Virus record (IMG/VR): IMGVR_UViG_3300017971_000213
Location: 1-64,000 of that record
Reading direction: 5' to 3' (one strand)
Origin: an uncultured virus (IMG/VR IMGVR_UViG_3300017971_000213)
Taxonomy: Duplodnaviria > Heunggongvirae > Uroviricota > Caudoviricetes
Length of the DNA stretch: 64,000 nucleotides
Shown: positions 8,329-18,239 of the stretch, piece after piece
Position numbering within the stretch: the stretch's first letter is position 1
Layout of the letters: each line of letters opens with the position of its first letter
Program-made: the position numbers and the translations under genes
The notes under the pieces: generated by a model
Told to the model about the DNA's origin: nothing
What the model saw: the letters and a program-made list of their open reading frames with translations, nothing else
Databases searched by the model: none

Positions 8329-9020
8329 CAGCCGTCACCCTTACCTTTACGGAGGTTCTCCACATCGACGCGTCGGACGTATGCGGCGCGATCTACGAGA
8401 ATCTTCTCGATTTTCCCCTTCTTGACAAGGTTGAACATCGCCACATGAGTCAAACCTTGCATCCGGGCCGCTTCCGCAACAGTCACCAACTCGTTTCCGT
8501 CGTCGTCACGGAGCTTCTTAGGGGTTGATGGGGCAGCTTGAGCCTCTTCGGGTTCTTCGGTCTCTATCTCCAGGTCCATCTGCGCCTTGTCCTTGGGGGC
8601 TTCTTCGGACTCAACAACCTCAAGCTGACCCTCGCGAAGGACGTGACGCTCCATAACCAGATCGTACAACTCCTGGAAGCTCAGCTCTCGCAGGTTATGC
8701 TTAACGCATGACAAGAACTTCTTCCGCTTAGAAAAACCTATACCCAACCTCACGCCGTAAACGGCCAAACAGAAGTGGTGCACGTCACAGGTAATGTCGC
8801 AAGGACGACCTATGATGTTACCACACTTAGGACACTTCTGACCGCCGTCCATGGGGGCCAAGATGTTACAGATGTGACTCTCTAGCTGAGGATCAGAGAA
8901 GCACTCCCGTCCGATGACTTCCTCCCCGAGCCTAGAGGAGTAGTGCCGGTTCATCTCCTTCAGCACATCCTCGTCGAGGAGTACTTTCGGTGCTACCTTG
9001 GGCTTCTCGTTGCTCGACAC
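8328..9020 (-). CDS. Cys-rich protein with C-terminal excisionase/MerR-type HTH
   Basis: N-terminal Cys cluster (CPKC, CDITC, HHFC). C-terminal LVTVAEAARMQGLTHVAMFNLVKKGKI...YVRRVDVE. Confidence 0.65.
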   Translation of the reverse strand: MSSNEKPKVAPKVLLDEDVLKEMNRHYSSRLGEEVIGRECFSDPQLESHICNILAPMDGGQKCPKCGNIIGRPCDITCDVHHFCLAVYGVRLGIGFSKRKKFLSCVKHNLRELSFQELYDLVMERHVLREGQLEVVESEEAPKDKAQMDLEIETEEPEEAQAAPSTPKKLRDDDGNELVTVAEAARMQGLTHVAMFNLVKKGKIEKILVDRAAYVRRVDVENLRKGKGDG

Positions 9021-9029
9021 GACTACCTC

Positions 9030-10178
9030 CTAGACGGGCGCCTTGATGAGAAGAGTAACGTCGGCTCCAGTCTCATCGGTGATGACCAGAGACGTCTCGT
9101 CCTTGTCATAGAAAACCAAATGCTCCTGATGGAGCTTCATCGAGTTGATCGCTCGGTTCTTGTGAACCCTGAAGGGGATCATGTCGGTCGCTCCCCCCAC
9201 AAGGCACTCTACCAACTCCTGAACCTCGCACCCGTTGTGCGTCTTGGCGCTCACGCTCCACACCGGGTTTCCGCTCGACCCTATACCGGACACCGAGAAC
9301 ACTACCAGCGACTCCTCGGTACCCACCACAGTCGACACCAGGTCCAGCACTTCCAAGAACCTCTTTTTGTTGAAAACGTACTTCCTGCCGGCAGGATCGA
9401 TCTGCATTACCCCCGATTGAAGACCCAACGCGTCGGCGTAACATATTGGCAGATCGTCATAGAGCTTCGGGGTGAGTACGATCACGGAACTGCGTAACTG
9501 GTAGCCGAACATGTTCGAAGAGAAGAAAAAGTTCTGCACCTCGTCCTTGAACACTTGAAGTGCCTTCGACTGGGAGAACGGCAACACGTGCCGGGCACCC
9601 GACCACGGCGCATCGTCCCAGAGAGACAGAGTAGGGTGTGCGCACAACCGAACAGCGGTTTCGCTGAACTTGACGACACGGCACAGACCTTCAACGGTGT
9701 TGTCAATCAGTATGCCCGAAAACCTGGGCGTCTCACCGATAGATCCCCCGCAAGTCACAATAGACTGAGCGAGCCACAGAATCGACTCAGTGTCCTCCTG
9801 ACGGAGACACGACAGCTCCGGTAGAGCCGGCTGCTTGACGTACGACGCGGCAGGGAACTTGACGGAGATGTTGTCCTCGACGACCAAGAGGAAGTTTTTA
9901 CGAGGCGTGAACTTGATCTTACTCCCCTCGTAGAGCCTCTTGAAAAGAGCAACGAACTTGGGCGACTCGACCCCCATGTTGAAGGTCTTGCCACCTTCCA
10001 CAGGGTGAGAGGCGAACACCACGGCTTCGGAGTCCTGGGAGAACAGGTAGAAGTTGGTACCATCGTACGAGATGTACACATAGTCGTTCTTGGGACTACA
10101 CTTCTCGATAGCCCGACAAAAATCAAAACCGAACTTGTAGTCGACAACGAAGCTGGAGCCGTCAACACTTACTAGCAT
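9030..10178 (-). CDS. dnaN: DNA sliding clamp, beta-clamp-like (divergent)
   Basis: 382 aa with a three-fold repeating helix/strand pattern, RFSGILI, and a C-terminal ...LVITDE...TLLIKAPV. A clamp loader lies in the same operon. Confidence 0.65.
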   Translation of the reverse strand: MLVSVDGSSFVVDYKFGFDFCRAIEKCSPKNDYVYISYDGTNFYLFSQDSEAVVFASHPVEGGKTFNMGVESPKFVALFKRLYEGSKIKFTPRKNFLLVVEDNISVKFPAASYVKQPALPELSCLRQEDTESILWLAQSIVTCGGSIGETPRFSGILIDNTVEGLCRVVKFSETAVRLCAHPTLSLWDDAPWSGARHVLPFSQSKALQVFKDEVQNFFFSSNMFGYQLRSSVIVLTPKLYDDLPICYADALGLQSGVMQIDPAGRKYVFNKKRFLEVLDLVSTVVGTEESLVVFSVSGIGSSGNPVWSVSAKTHNGCEVQELVECLVGGATDMIPFRVHKNRAINSMKLHQEHLVFYDKDETSLVITDETGADVTLLIKAPV

Positions 10179-11020
10179 ACCTGGTCTGCCTTGATGTAGA
10201 TGGGCTCACAGCCCTTCTTCTCCGGATACAACTTGTGCACGACACTCACTGTCCTAGAGATCTCCCGACGAGCCACCTCGATCCTGCGGTAGGACATCCC
10301 TAAACGACGGGAAAGGGCCACGTCGGTCGCCCCAGGATCATCACAGAGGCTCTCCAGCACACCCTGCGCGGTCAAGGAGATGCGCTCAGAGATATTGCGG
10401 ACCAAACGGGCTGCCTCGATCCTCACCTCCGGCTCAGGGCCACCGTCAGTCAAGTGCTCCAGCACCTCGTCCCCCGTGGGGTGCTCGAAAGAACTCAGCC
10501 CACCCTCAGCCCGAGAGTCCCCGGCGTACTCCGGAAAGTCGACGTCTACGTGATGCGCGAACCCACCCTCCCCGGCATCGTAGCCGCGTTTTTCCGTCCG
10601 AGTCGACTTGACCAGGTTGAATGCCTTCCCGAGAAGACGGTTATATAGCAACGACTCTATTTTTGCGGTCTTCACGACCTCTACAGAGGACTCGTCCACC
10701 CAGATTTCCTCTGGGACCTTTGTCGTTCGGGGAGTAGAGAGGAGGACCGCGCGTCCGTCTTTGCGCAGCATGTGGTACAGGCGACGATTCCTCCGAAAAA
10801 GAGGGGATCTGTACAGCTCCATGACGTCTGCAACAGAAAGAAGCAGTTCACCGAGAACCTCCTCCTCTGGCAGAAACGTCGACTTCGCCGTGTCCACCGT
10901 CAACCTGAAGATCAGGCCACGCCACTTCTGGACCGCTAGAGCCAGACCAGGATGCTCGTCGTGTAGACGACGGATGACCTGATCGATGACTACCAAGGCA
11001 GAACGCTGACGATTCTTCAC
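10172..11020 (-). CDS. putative sigma-factor-like transcription protein
   Basis: Region-2-like helices (EEEVLGELLLSV...LLYNRL) and a region-4-like C-terminal HTH (ISLTAQGVL...ATDVALSRRLGMSYRRIEVARREI). Confidence 0.5.
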   Translation of the reverse strand: MKNRQRSALVVIDQVIRRLHDEHPGLALAVQKWRGLIFRLTVDTAKSTFLPEEEVLGELLLSVADVMELYRSPLFRRNRRLYHMLRKDGRAVLLSTPRTTKVPEEIWVDESSVEVVKTAKIESLLYNRLLGKAFNLVKSTRTEKRGYDAGEGGFAHHVDVDFPEYAGDSRAEGGLSSFEHPTGDEVLEHLTDGGPEPEVRIEAARLVRNISERISLTAQGVLESLCDDPGATDVALSRRLGMSYRRIEVARREISRTVSVVHKLYPEKKGCEPIYIKADQVC

Positions 11021-11994
11021 AGTCCCTCCGTACGTGACCGCACCTGCGCCAACCTGGAAGCGGAGAGCGCCCCTGGGTCTTCGTCCTTCTCAAGATGAAC
11101 CAAAGCAGGATCTAGCCCGAACGCACACAACTCGTCGTAGATCTTACGACCGTAGTCGACCACCTTGCCGTTCCTCTTCTGAACAACAGCATCCCCGTCC
11201 ATGCACACGACAAGCTTCACCCCGAGACGCACCGAAAGATCCCGCAACCGATTCAGCTGAGCTGCGCTGGCTTCCTTGGTGAACAACCCCACCGCTTCGC
11301 AACCCAGCTTCGCCATGTTCCAGACATCGCTCGGACCTTCTACGACCCACAGCTCACCAGACGTACCGGAGACGAGCCAACCTCCGTAGAGAACGTTCTG
11401 GATGGGGGAACCCGTTGGGGTTCTCCACCGCAGCTTGGCGTCAGGATTCAGATACCGGACCTGGAACGTGATGTACGCCCCGTTTAGATCGTAAACAGGA
11501 ACCACGATGGAGTCCCCAATGAAGATGCCCGCACTGTCTCCGCTACGTCCGTACAAGAGACCAAAACGACCAACTATCTCCGGACCAATCCCCCTCTCGG
11601 TCAGGTACGCCACAGACACGATGGGTTCTACCTGGGGGGCCTGCGGAAACTCACTGATCCAGTAGTTTCGCTTCTTCTCCGGATGGGCAGCAAGGAGGGC
11701 TTCGATGTCTGGGGTGACCTGGGTGACACGGAGGTCCCGGTACACCTGAGCCCAGCTCTCGATCCCCTCCATGAGCTTGTAGAAGTACGCGAACGACCCC
11801 CTGACGCCACAACGCGGAGAACCGCATACAAAAACGCCACGGTCTATATCTATGCTGAACGACGGAGAATTGTCGTCATGGAAAGGGCACTGGGTGTGTA
11901 GCTGGCCGCCAGAACTAGGCGTTTTATCAGGGAACTTCGAAAGTATATACCCACGAACGTCCAAAAAACACCTACCAGACACGTAGAGACTCAC
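11017..11994 (-). CDS. dnaG: DNA primase (CHC2 Zn finger plus TOPRIM)
   Basis: CPFHDDNSPSF...CGSPRC, YLTERGI, VVEGPSD, MDGD, EDPG. Confidence 0.92.
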   Translation of the reverse strand: MSLYVSGRCFLDVRGYILSKFPDKTPSSGGQLHTQCPFHDDNSPSFSIDIDRGVFVCGSPRCGVRGSFAYFYKLMEGIESWAQVYRDLRVTQVTPDIEALLAAHPEKKRNYWISEFPQAPQVEPIVSVAYLTERGIGPEIVGRFGLLYGRSGDSAGIFIGDSIVVPVYDLNGAYITFQVRYLNPDAKLRWRTPTGSPIQNVLYGGWLVSGTSGELWVVEGPSDVWNMAKLGCEAVGLFTKEASAAQLNRLRDLSVRLGVKLVVCMDGDAVVQKRNGKVVDYGRKIYDELCAFGLDPALVHLEKDEDPGALSASRLAQVRSRTEGL

Positions 11995-12009
11995 ATAGCG
12001 TGAGCACTA

Positions 12010-12039
12010 TACCTAGCACATACAAAAAGGGGCTGTCAA
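12010..12039 (-). promoter_or_regulatory. sigma70-like promoter upstream of the primase gene
   Basis: Minus strand TTGACA-N18-TAGGTA with a T-rich upstream tract, in an intergenic gap. Confidence 0.55.
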
Positions 12040-12068
12040 GAAAAATCCACTGAACAAAAGAACGGTAC

Positions 12069-13415
12069 CTAAGTACCCGTTATGTATGGATTTATCTTAA
12101 CTGCATGAGCCCAGAGACGGTGAAGTTCCCTAGAAATCGTCATCCGGGGCAAATCCGCGTCCAAAACAACCTCCGGTATAGTGATAGACCCTCCCCGGAC
12201 GAACTGAGGACTGAGAACGATGATCCCCTCCGCCTTCTCCTCATCGGTCTGATCGATGGCAATACTCAGATCGAGAGCCCTGGAGATGTCCGTGCTGAGA
12301 CCACGATGCTTCAAGCCGATACGCTCGACCGTTGCGCCTTCCATGTTCGCCTGAGAGGCCACGAAAAGCGGAACCGAGAACTTCTCGGCATGCCGCTTGA
12401 GGTCCCACACGATCTGCTTTTGGTCACGGCGCTCTTCACGGAAAGAACGGCTAGGCGCAATAATGTTCAGGTAGTCCCACACTTCGACATCCGGAATCCA
12501 ACCTTCTTTCACGCGGAAGTGTTCCAGCTCTGACTCGATGTCCGGGACGGTCGTCTCCTCCGGAGTTGCCTTGATGACCTTCAGCCGATTACCCCACGTG
12601 CTCATCCACCGGAAGGTGGCATCCATGGCGTCCTTCTCTGCCTGTGTCAGCAGGAGGCCGGAGACGCGTTCGTAGTTCAGCTCACTGAACATAGCGTCAT
12701 AGCGGTCCATGGTCATCTCCTGGGAGTTCTCGTACGTCACATGCAGGACGTTGAAACCCTGCAAGAGCGTCGAGTACCCCATCGCGTTCAAGAAGATGGA
12801 CTTGTACCGCTTGAAGGGGGCGAGAAAATCGACAAGCATCGGAGCGCGGATGGTGAACTGCGCGTCCAGACCTTGAATACCGGTAAGCACCCGTGGACTT
12901 GTCGCCGGGTTGTCACGGAGGACACGACGACGCTCGACACGCTCCTCGTAGGTCGACGCGTAGTCGACAATTTCCAACTGAGAACCCTCCACGACACGGC
13001 GACCTTCGAGGACAGCCTCGTGCAGCTCGTCGAAGAGAAAATCAATGCGAGAAGTCCGAGCGAACCCCTCATAGGCCGACCGCGTCTTAGTGTTGGCGAC
13101 ACAGTACGCCACGTAGGCCCGGAATCGATCCGAAGCATCCTGCTCGAACGTAAGTTGCTTCGCGTACAGATTCCAGATCTGGAGACGGTGCTTCTCCCGA
13201 ACGTCTTCGTCCTCAAGGGACAAAAACTCCTGCTCCATGAAGTCCCACACCGGAGGACTCCAGTCGCGCTCACGAAGGAGCTTCACCATCCACTGGTAGG
13301 ACTCGACCTGGAAGTGCTCGGGCTGCGTAGAGTGAAGGACGTCCGGATCGATAACGCCTGACCGCTGAACAACGGCGGCCAGGAACTCCTCCTCTACGCG
13401 AACATCGATTTTCAT
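12069..13415 (-). CDS. dnaB: DnaB-like replicative helicase
   Basis: TGIQGLD, variant Walker A APFKRYKS, HVTYE, Walker B VWDYL, VASQAN. Start ATG 13415 overlaps the loader stop. Confidence 0.8.
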   Translation of the reverse strand: MKIDVRVEEEFLAAVVQRSGVIDPDVLHSTQPEHFQVESYQWMVKLLRERDWSPPVWDFMEQEFLSLEDEDVREKHRLQIWNLYAKQLTFEQDASDRFRAYVAYCVANTKTRSAYEGFARTSRIDFLFDELHEAVLEGRRVVEGSQLEIVDYASTYEERVERRRVLRDNPATSPRVLTGIQGLDAQFTIRAPMLVDFLAPFKRYKSIFLNAMGYSTLLQGFNVLHVTYENSQEMTMDRYDAMFSELNYERVSGLLLTQAEKDAMDATFRWMSTWGNRLKVIKATPEETTVPDIESELEHFRVKEGWIPDVEVWDYLNIIAPSRSFREERRDQKQIVWDLKRHAEKFSVPLFVASQANMEGATVERIGLKHRGLSTDISRALDLSIAIDQTDEEKAEGIIVLSPQFVRGGSITIPEVVLDADLPRMTISRELHRLWAHAVKINPYITGT

Positions 13416-14155
13416 ACCGGCCACTCACTCATGCCATCAGCGGTTCTGAAGTCCTCGCCGCCCCCGACCTCTACCTGCCGAAAAACACGACCCCCAATGA
13501 CGCCGTCAGGACGAATCTCCAGCACCGAGTCCAGAACACCACCGTAGAACCCCGAAAGACTCGACGGGGCATAGTTGGAAGTGATGATGGTGGGGAGCCG
13601 ATGATCGAGCCGGTGGTGCATGATACGGTGCAGCATCGTAATGTTGGACTCTTTTTTCCAGTCTGCACTACGGGACTCCGTCCCGAGGTCATCGATAACG
13701 AGGACAGACGCGCGCCACGTCTCTTCGTCCCAACCCCTGCGCTCTTTCTCGCACATGGCGTGAATGTTCTCGAAAGCATAGGTACGGCGGGGATCGTAGT
13801 TCTCAGTCTTCGACAACGTCCACAAGAGCACGTACAGCAGGTAGTGCGCCAAGGTGGTCTTCCCGCGACCGTTCTCTTTCGAGAAGATGTACAGACACAG
13901 CCCCTTCGACATCACCTCGAAAGGGTTGTAGAGAAAGTACTGAACCGCTTCCGCACCGTTCTCTATCATCGGGAGTTGGTACTGAGGTGAGCTAACCAGG
14001 TCCAGGGTGTGCTCGTGGAAACCACCCCCTACGAGACGGTTGAACGCCCGAAACTTGATCGCACACGCACACAGCTCGTCACCGAGGTAACCCGTACCTC
14101 GGCACGCAGGACAATCGCGCTGGATCTTGATTCGCAGCGGTGACCAGTCGCTCAT
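13412..14155 (-). CDS. DnaC/IstB-like helicase loader ATPase
   Basis: N-terminal CPACRGTG...CAC, NGRGKTT, LVIDDLGTE, HRLDHRLPTIITSN. Confidence 0.88.
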   Translation of the reverse strand: MSDWSPLRIKIQRDCPACRGTGYLGDELCACAIKFRAFNRLVGGGFHEHTLDLVSSPQYQLPMIENGAEAVQYFLYNPFEVMSKGLCLYIFSKENGRGKTTLAHYLLYVLLWTLSKTENYDPRRTYAFENIHAMCEKERRGWDEETWRASVLVIDDLGTESRSADWKKESNITMLHRIMHHRLDHRLPTIITSNYAPSSLSGFYGGVLDSVLEIRPDGVIGGRVFRQVEVGGGEDFRTADGMSEWPV

Positions 14156-14871
14156 TCCTCGGACAACTCCTTCAGCGTCTTAGAAGACTCCGAGTGGGAG
14201 ACTCCATGAGCTTCCTGCCACGCCACAAGCGCGTTCACAACGATCTGAGACCACCCCTCCAGAACCCGCAAGCGGTGAAGTTCCTTCAACGGAAGCCACC
14301 GAAGGTTCTTCCCCTCAGACAGCATCTGTAGGCGCTGAGAGTCCCCCAGATCGACCTGTGCCTCCAATATGAGCCCAAGATGGACCCTCCCCACCTCGTC
14401 GCTCTCGTCATACAGGATACCCCTCACTCGCAGCTTATCGTGCAGAACAGAGCTGGCCGGAAAATGCTTACCGCCGTCCACGTACACCAACTCCTCGTCG
14501 ATCTCCCGGAGTGCCGCGTGGTACACCATCCGCTTCCAAAAAGTCTGCGCGTCGTCCTTGTTGATGTGGCCCCCGATACCGATGGAGTGCTTGGCGTCCA
14601 GACGGGATTCTCGGCCACCGGACCGTTGGTAGGTCAGGAACATTCCGTCGCAGGAAATGACGTTGTACGGGATGACCTGCTTGTACTGCGGACTCTTCTC
14701 TGCCTCGTCCCGGTCCACGAAGAACGCCCCCGACAGGAGACCCCAAAAAGCCTCGACAGCCTCATCCCCGAACACCAACGGGCTATCCGCGAGTCCCGGC
14801 ACCAGATTCAGTTCACTCTCCTTGATCACCCACACCCACTCTCGCTCGTTGGTCATCCTCTTTTCCTCCAT
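14152..14871 (-). CDS. Nudix-family phosphoesterase
   Basis: YKQVIPY, ESRL...SIGIGGHIN, AALREIDEEL, VGRVHLG, LEGWS. Confidence 0.85.
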   Translation of the reverse strand: MEEKRMTNEREWVWVIKESELNLVPGLADSPLVFGDEAVEAFWGLLSGAFFVDRDEAEKSPQYKQVIPYNVISCDGMFLTYQRSGGRESRLDAKHSIGIGGHINKDDAQTFWKRMVYHAALREIDEELVYVDGGKHFPASSVLHDKLRVRGILYDESDEVGRVHLGLILEAQVDLGDSQRLQMLSEGKNLRWLPLKELHRLRVLEGWSQIVVNALVAWQEAHGVSHSESSKTLKELSEE

Positions 14872-16004
14872 CGAACATCACGGATCGCCCGATACGGTGA
14901 CACGTTGATCCCGACGTCGTTCCAGATGTCGGGATAAAGACCCCACTTGCTGTACTCCTCCCACGTTGGCGAACCTGACAACAGCCGAGCGTCGTCCCAC
15001 GAGTGCTTGAACTCCACAAAGTTCTCCGGGAGGCACGAAATGCACAGATACTTGTTGTTGGCGTAGTGACGCTTGCCCCGACGCTGCGTGCCATCCGAAT
15101 AGTAATAGTACCCGTCCGCACGGATAGAAACTATCTGAGATGCGTCCTCGGAGTCGTCCGAAGAGGGCCTCCACCCCTTGGGGATGCAAGAATCTGGAAA
15201 GTCGCACTCAGCTGACAACCCCAAAAACTCCCGAATCGGGCGCCACGGATCGTTCTGGGTCTTCTTCAGAACTCTCATATCGGGGTCAAGGGCGTTGACG
15301 TTCACTATCGCCATGATGCCTACGTGATCGTCGGGACTGATCTCGACGCACCTAGAGAACTTCTGCTGAAGCCACCACAAGTAGTCGACACCCTCCGCTT
15401 TGAGAGAACGGATACGGTCGGTGATTCTGTGGTAGAGCACCAGGTACTTCTTCGGAGCACGTTTCCCGGAAGAAAACGACTTCGGCTCCGGACCCACAAA
15501 AACGCCTTTCCCGAAGTACGCCCGGCGTCGATGCTCGATCTGCAAGCGGATGAACTCCAGCATGAAGAACGCCACCTCGTCGACAGCCTCCCGAGAACCA
15601 GCGTGCTCCCGGAATTTCTCGAACCACGTCCAGTGGATACGCTGGTTGAGAAGCAGCGTCGGACGTTCCCACATCTCGTAGGGCGTCATCAAGCACGACA
15701 AGACCAGGTAGGACTTCCAGTGAACGTCCATCTCGTCCATCCGATAGAGGAACATCCGAAAGTTGTCGCGCTTGATCTTCAGGTACTTGTAAGGGTCCTC
15801 CTCGTGCCATGGCTTCATCAGCCCCGAGTACCCCATGTAGGCCCACATCTGCCCCGAGAGTTCGATGATCTCCGGAAAAATGGGGTCTGGGTCTGGGCGT
15901 GTGGTCTTGTCAAAATAGATCGGAGACAGCCCTTGCTCGGACGCCTTCAAAATAGGGTGACCGTGGAGATCAGTACGCACCATCTGGTCCAGGAACTCGT
16001 TCAC
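14853..16004 (-). CDS. hypothetical protein
   Basis: 383-aa ORF in frame with operon structure. No motif recognised. Confidence 0.7.
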   Translation of the reverse strand: MNEFLDQMVRTDLHGHPILKASEQGLSPIYFDKTTRPDPDPIFPEIIELSGQMWAYMGYSGLMKPWHEEDPYKYLKIKRDNFRMFLYRMDEMDVHWKSYLVLSCLMTPYEMWERPTLLLNQRIHWTWFEKFREHAGSREAVDEVAFFMLEFIRLQIEHRRRAYFGKGVFVGPEPKSFSSGKRAPKKYLVLYHRITDRIRSLKAEGVDYLWWLQQKFSRCVEISPDDHVGIMAIVNVNALDPDMRVLKKTQNDPWRPIREFLGLSAECDFPDSCIPKGWRPSSDDSEDASQIVSIRADGYYYYSDGTQRRGKRHYANNKYLCISCLPENFVEFKHSWDDARLLSGSPTWEEYSKWGLYPDIWNDVGINVSPYRAIRDVRWRKRG

Positions 16005-16012
16005 ACTTCACC

Positions 16013-17824
16013 TCACAGAGACAAGTACCGCAAGAGGTCCTCACGTCCCATCTCTACCAGCTTTTCGTTACTCGTCGTGATCGCATCGGCCATGTCCTGC
16101 TTGCCCAGCAGCTTGTCCCGGATCAGCTCATCCACCGAGGCCACCACATCCAGAAAAACTACCGTCGCTGGTTTGGCGCGGATCATATCGAGCCTGGTCG
16201 GAGCGGACGCCGCTACCCGGCGGTGGATACGGTCCAGGGACTGCTTGTACAGAGTGAATGAGTACGGACGGTCTATGTAGATCGACGTGCGGCCTCGCGC
16301 CAAGAAGTCGACCCCCGTCCCTGCCTTGGCCGGAATGCACACCGCGACCCTCGGAGACGCGGCGTTCTCGAACTGGTCTGCGATAACTGCCAGCTCGTCG
16401 TTACCCACCCCTCCGTAGATCTTGACCGCTCCGTAGGTGGAGTTGTAGCGCTCGTAGAGCAGCTCCACCCCCTTCCGGTACTCCGTCCACAAAACGACCT
16501 TGGCCTCTGGATCGGAAAGCACCTCTTCGAGGACCGAATCGCACTCCACGTACTTCGCAGACTCCCCCTCCTCGTCCAGAAGACTCGGATGGTTCATCAC
16601 CTGACGTAGCCGCAAAACCGTCGAGTTGTCAGAGAGAAAGCGGTACAGGTTGACCATGCTGTCACGAGGAAGATCGGCAACGATCTCCCCGCAAATGGTC
16701 TTGTACAGAGCCAGCTGCTTGCCTGACATCTCGACGTCTCTGACCATGAACACCCGGTCCGGGAACCCAGTCATGTCGTCCTTGGTGCGCCTGATCGACA
16801 CCGCCTCCAGCAGACCCTTCAGCTCGTCGAGATTCTTGAAGCCCACCACCTTGCGGTGGGTCCCTCTATGCCCGTACGTGACGTTCTTCTTGACCACAAA
16901 ATGGTTCTCGAACTTGTTCTGATGGGGAACCGTGTCCAGGGACAGAGAACGGAGGACGACGAAAGCGTTCAACGGGCTCTCGCTGACGGGAGTACCGGTC
17001 ATCAGGATCGCACGAGGTCGATTACCCTCTCGATCCCTGGAGTCGTTCAGCAACGACAAAACACACTTCGTACGCTTCGCGTCCGGGTTCTTGTACATGT
17101 GGAACTCGTCAACGATAATCATATCCCACTGCATATCCCGGAGGAGCTTCAAAATCTGGCCACCCCACTGCTTGCCGCCCCCGATAAGGTTCTCCGGATG
17201 GATGAGCAAGACGTCCCACTCGGTGTCCTTGTTCCCTTGGATAAAGCTGAGCGCTCTCTTGCGTCCGTTCGGGACCGCCAAGGGCTTCAAATGTGTGTGC
17301 TTTTTGATCTCCTTCAGGAAACCGATCTGCACTGTGTAAGGGCAAATAAGGAGCGAACGACGTACCTTCGGACCCAAGGCAACGACAGTCGCCAGGGCTT
17401 CCAAACTCTTGCCAACTCCCATCTCGTCGAAAATCCCCACACGCCGATTGTTGTACGCGAAGGAGATCGCAGAGAGCTGATCTTCGTACGGAACCGTCTT
17501 CAACTTACCGTCGAGAAGACCGCTCACGAACTGATTGTTGACGCCCTTCTTGATCTCTTCGTTGCGCACCCGCTGTGAGTGAATCCACGTGATCCACTGG
17601 AAAGCATCCTCGTGGATGGTTCGCCCCTCCACGAGACCCAGCATATCGAGACGGTGCCGGAGCATCGCCATGTCGTAGTAAGAGATTGTCCAGGTGTTCT
17701 CGTCCACCTCGTACGACGACAGCAGACCACGCACTACCAGGTACACCCGCTCGTAGTAGGGATGCCGGGGATCTAACTGAACGCAGATGCGTTTCCCCTT
17801 GAGAGAGATCTCAATCAAAATCAC
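16013..17824 (-). CDS. SNF2-family helicase/translocase
   Basis: DEMGVGKS, IIVDEFH, MTGTP, RRTK, LRLRQVMNHP, AGTGVDF, QSLDRIHR. Confidence 0.93.
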   Translation of the reverse strand: MILIEISLKGKRICVQLDPRHPYYERVYLVVRGLLSSYEVDENTWTISYYDMAMLRHRLDMLGLVEGRTIHEDAFQWITWIHSQRVRNEEIKKGVNNQFVSGLLDGKLKTVPYEDQLSAISFAYNNRRVGIFDEMGVGKSLEALATVVALGPKVRRSLLICPYTVQIGFLKEIKKHTHLKPLAVPNGRKRALSFIQGNKDTEWDVLLIHPENLIGGGKQWGGQILKLLRDMQWDMIIVDEFHMYKNPDAKRTKCVLSLLNDSRDREGNRPRAILMTGTPVSESPLNAFVVLRSLSLDTVPHQNKFENHFVVKKNVTYGHRGTHRKVVGFKNLDELKGLLEAVSIRRTKDDMTGFPDRVFMVRDVEMSGKQLALYKTICGEIVADLPRDSMVNLYRFLSDNSTVLRLRQVMNHPSLLDEEGESAKYVECDSVLEEVLSDPEAKVVLWTEYRKGVELLYERYNSTYGAVKIYGGVGNDELAVIADQFENAASPRVAVCIPAKAGTGVDFLARGRTSIYIDRPYSFTLYKQSLDRIHRRVAASAPTRLDMIRAKPATVVFLDVVASVDELIRDKLLGKQDMADAITTSNEKLVEMGREDLLRYLSL

Positions 17825-18239
17825 CCCTCAAGAACTCGTCAACCTCAGACTCCCGCTTATCCTGCTCGGACACCGACGCCATCTCCAAGACACGACCCTT
17901 CAGGAGGGGGTACCCCTTGCACCCTACCCCCTTGACCTCGATCTCGCGTACAGGAGCCCCAGGGCTCAAGTAGTAGAGCGACTCGAACGTCCTACGCTCG
18001 TCCGCCCCCACGTTGACCAACGACGTCTTGACCGAGATCCGAATAACGTCACCCGAGTCGGCCTCACCCTTCCACAGGTACCACAGGATGCCCTTGGAAG
18101 ACTCCAACCGCGACGTCAGGTACTTGCCGCACTTGTCCTGCCACGAACACTCCTCGTCGTTGATCCACGCACGGATGAGCTGGCCCTCTCGACGTCGTTG
18201 AGCCGTCTTCTGGTAGCCAATCTGTACGATGAACTTCAC
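17811..18239 (-). CDS. hypothetical protein
   Basis: 142-aa ORF overlapping both neighbours. Confidence 0.65.
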   Translation of the reverse strand: MKFIVQIGYQKTAQRRREGQLIRAWINDEECSWQDKCGKYLTSRLESSKGILWYLWKGEADSGDVIRISVKTSLVNVGADERRTFESLYYLSPGAPVREIEVKGVGCKGYPLLKGRVLEMASVSEQDKRESEVDEFLRGDFD

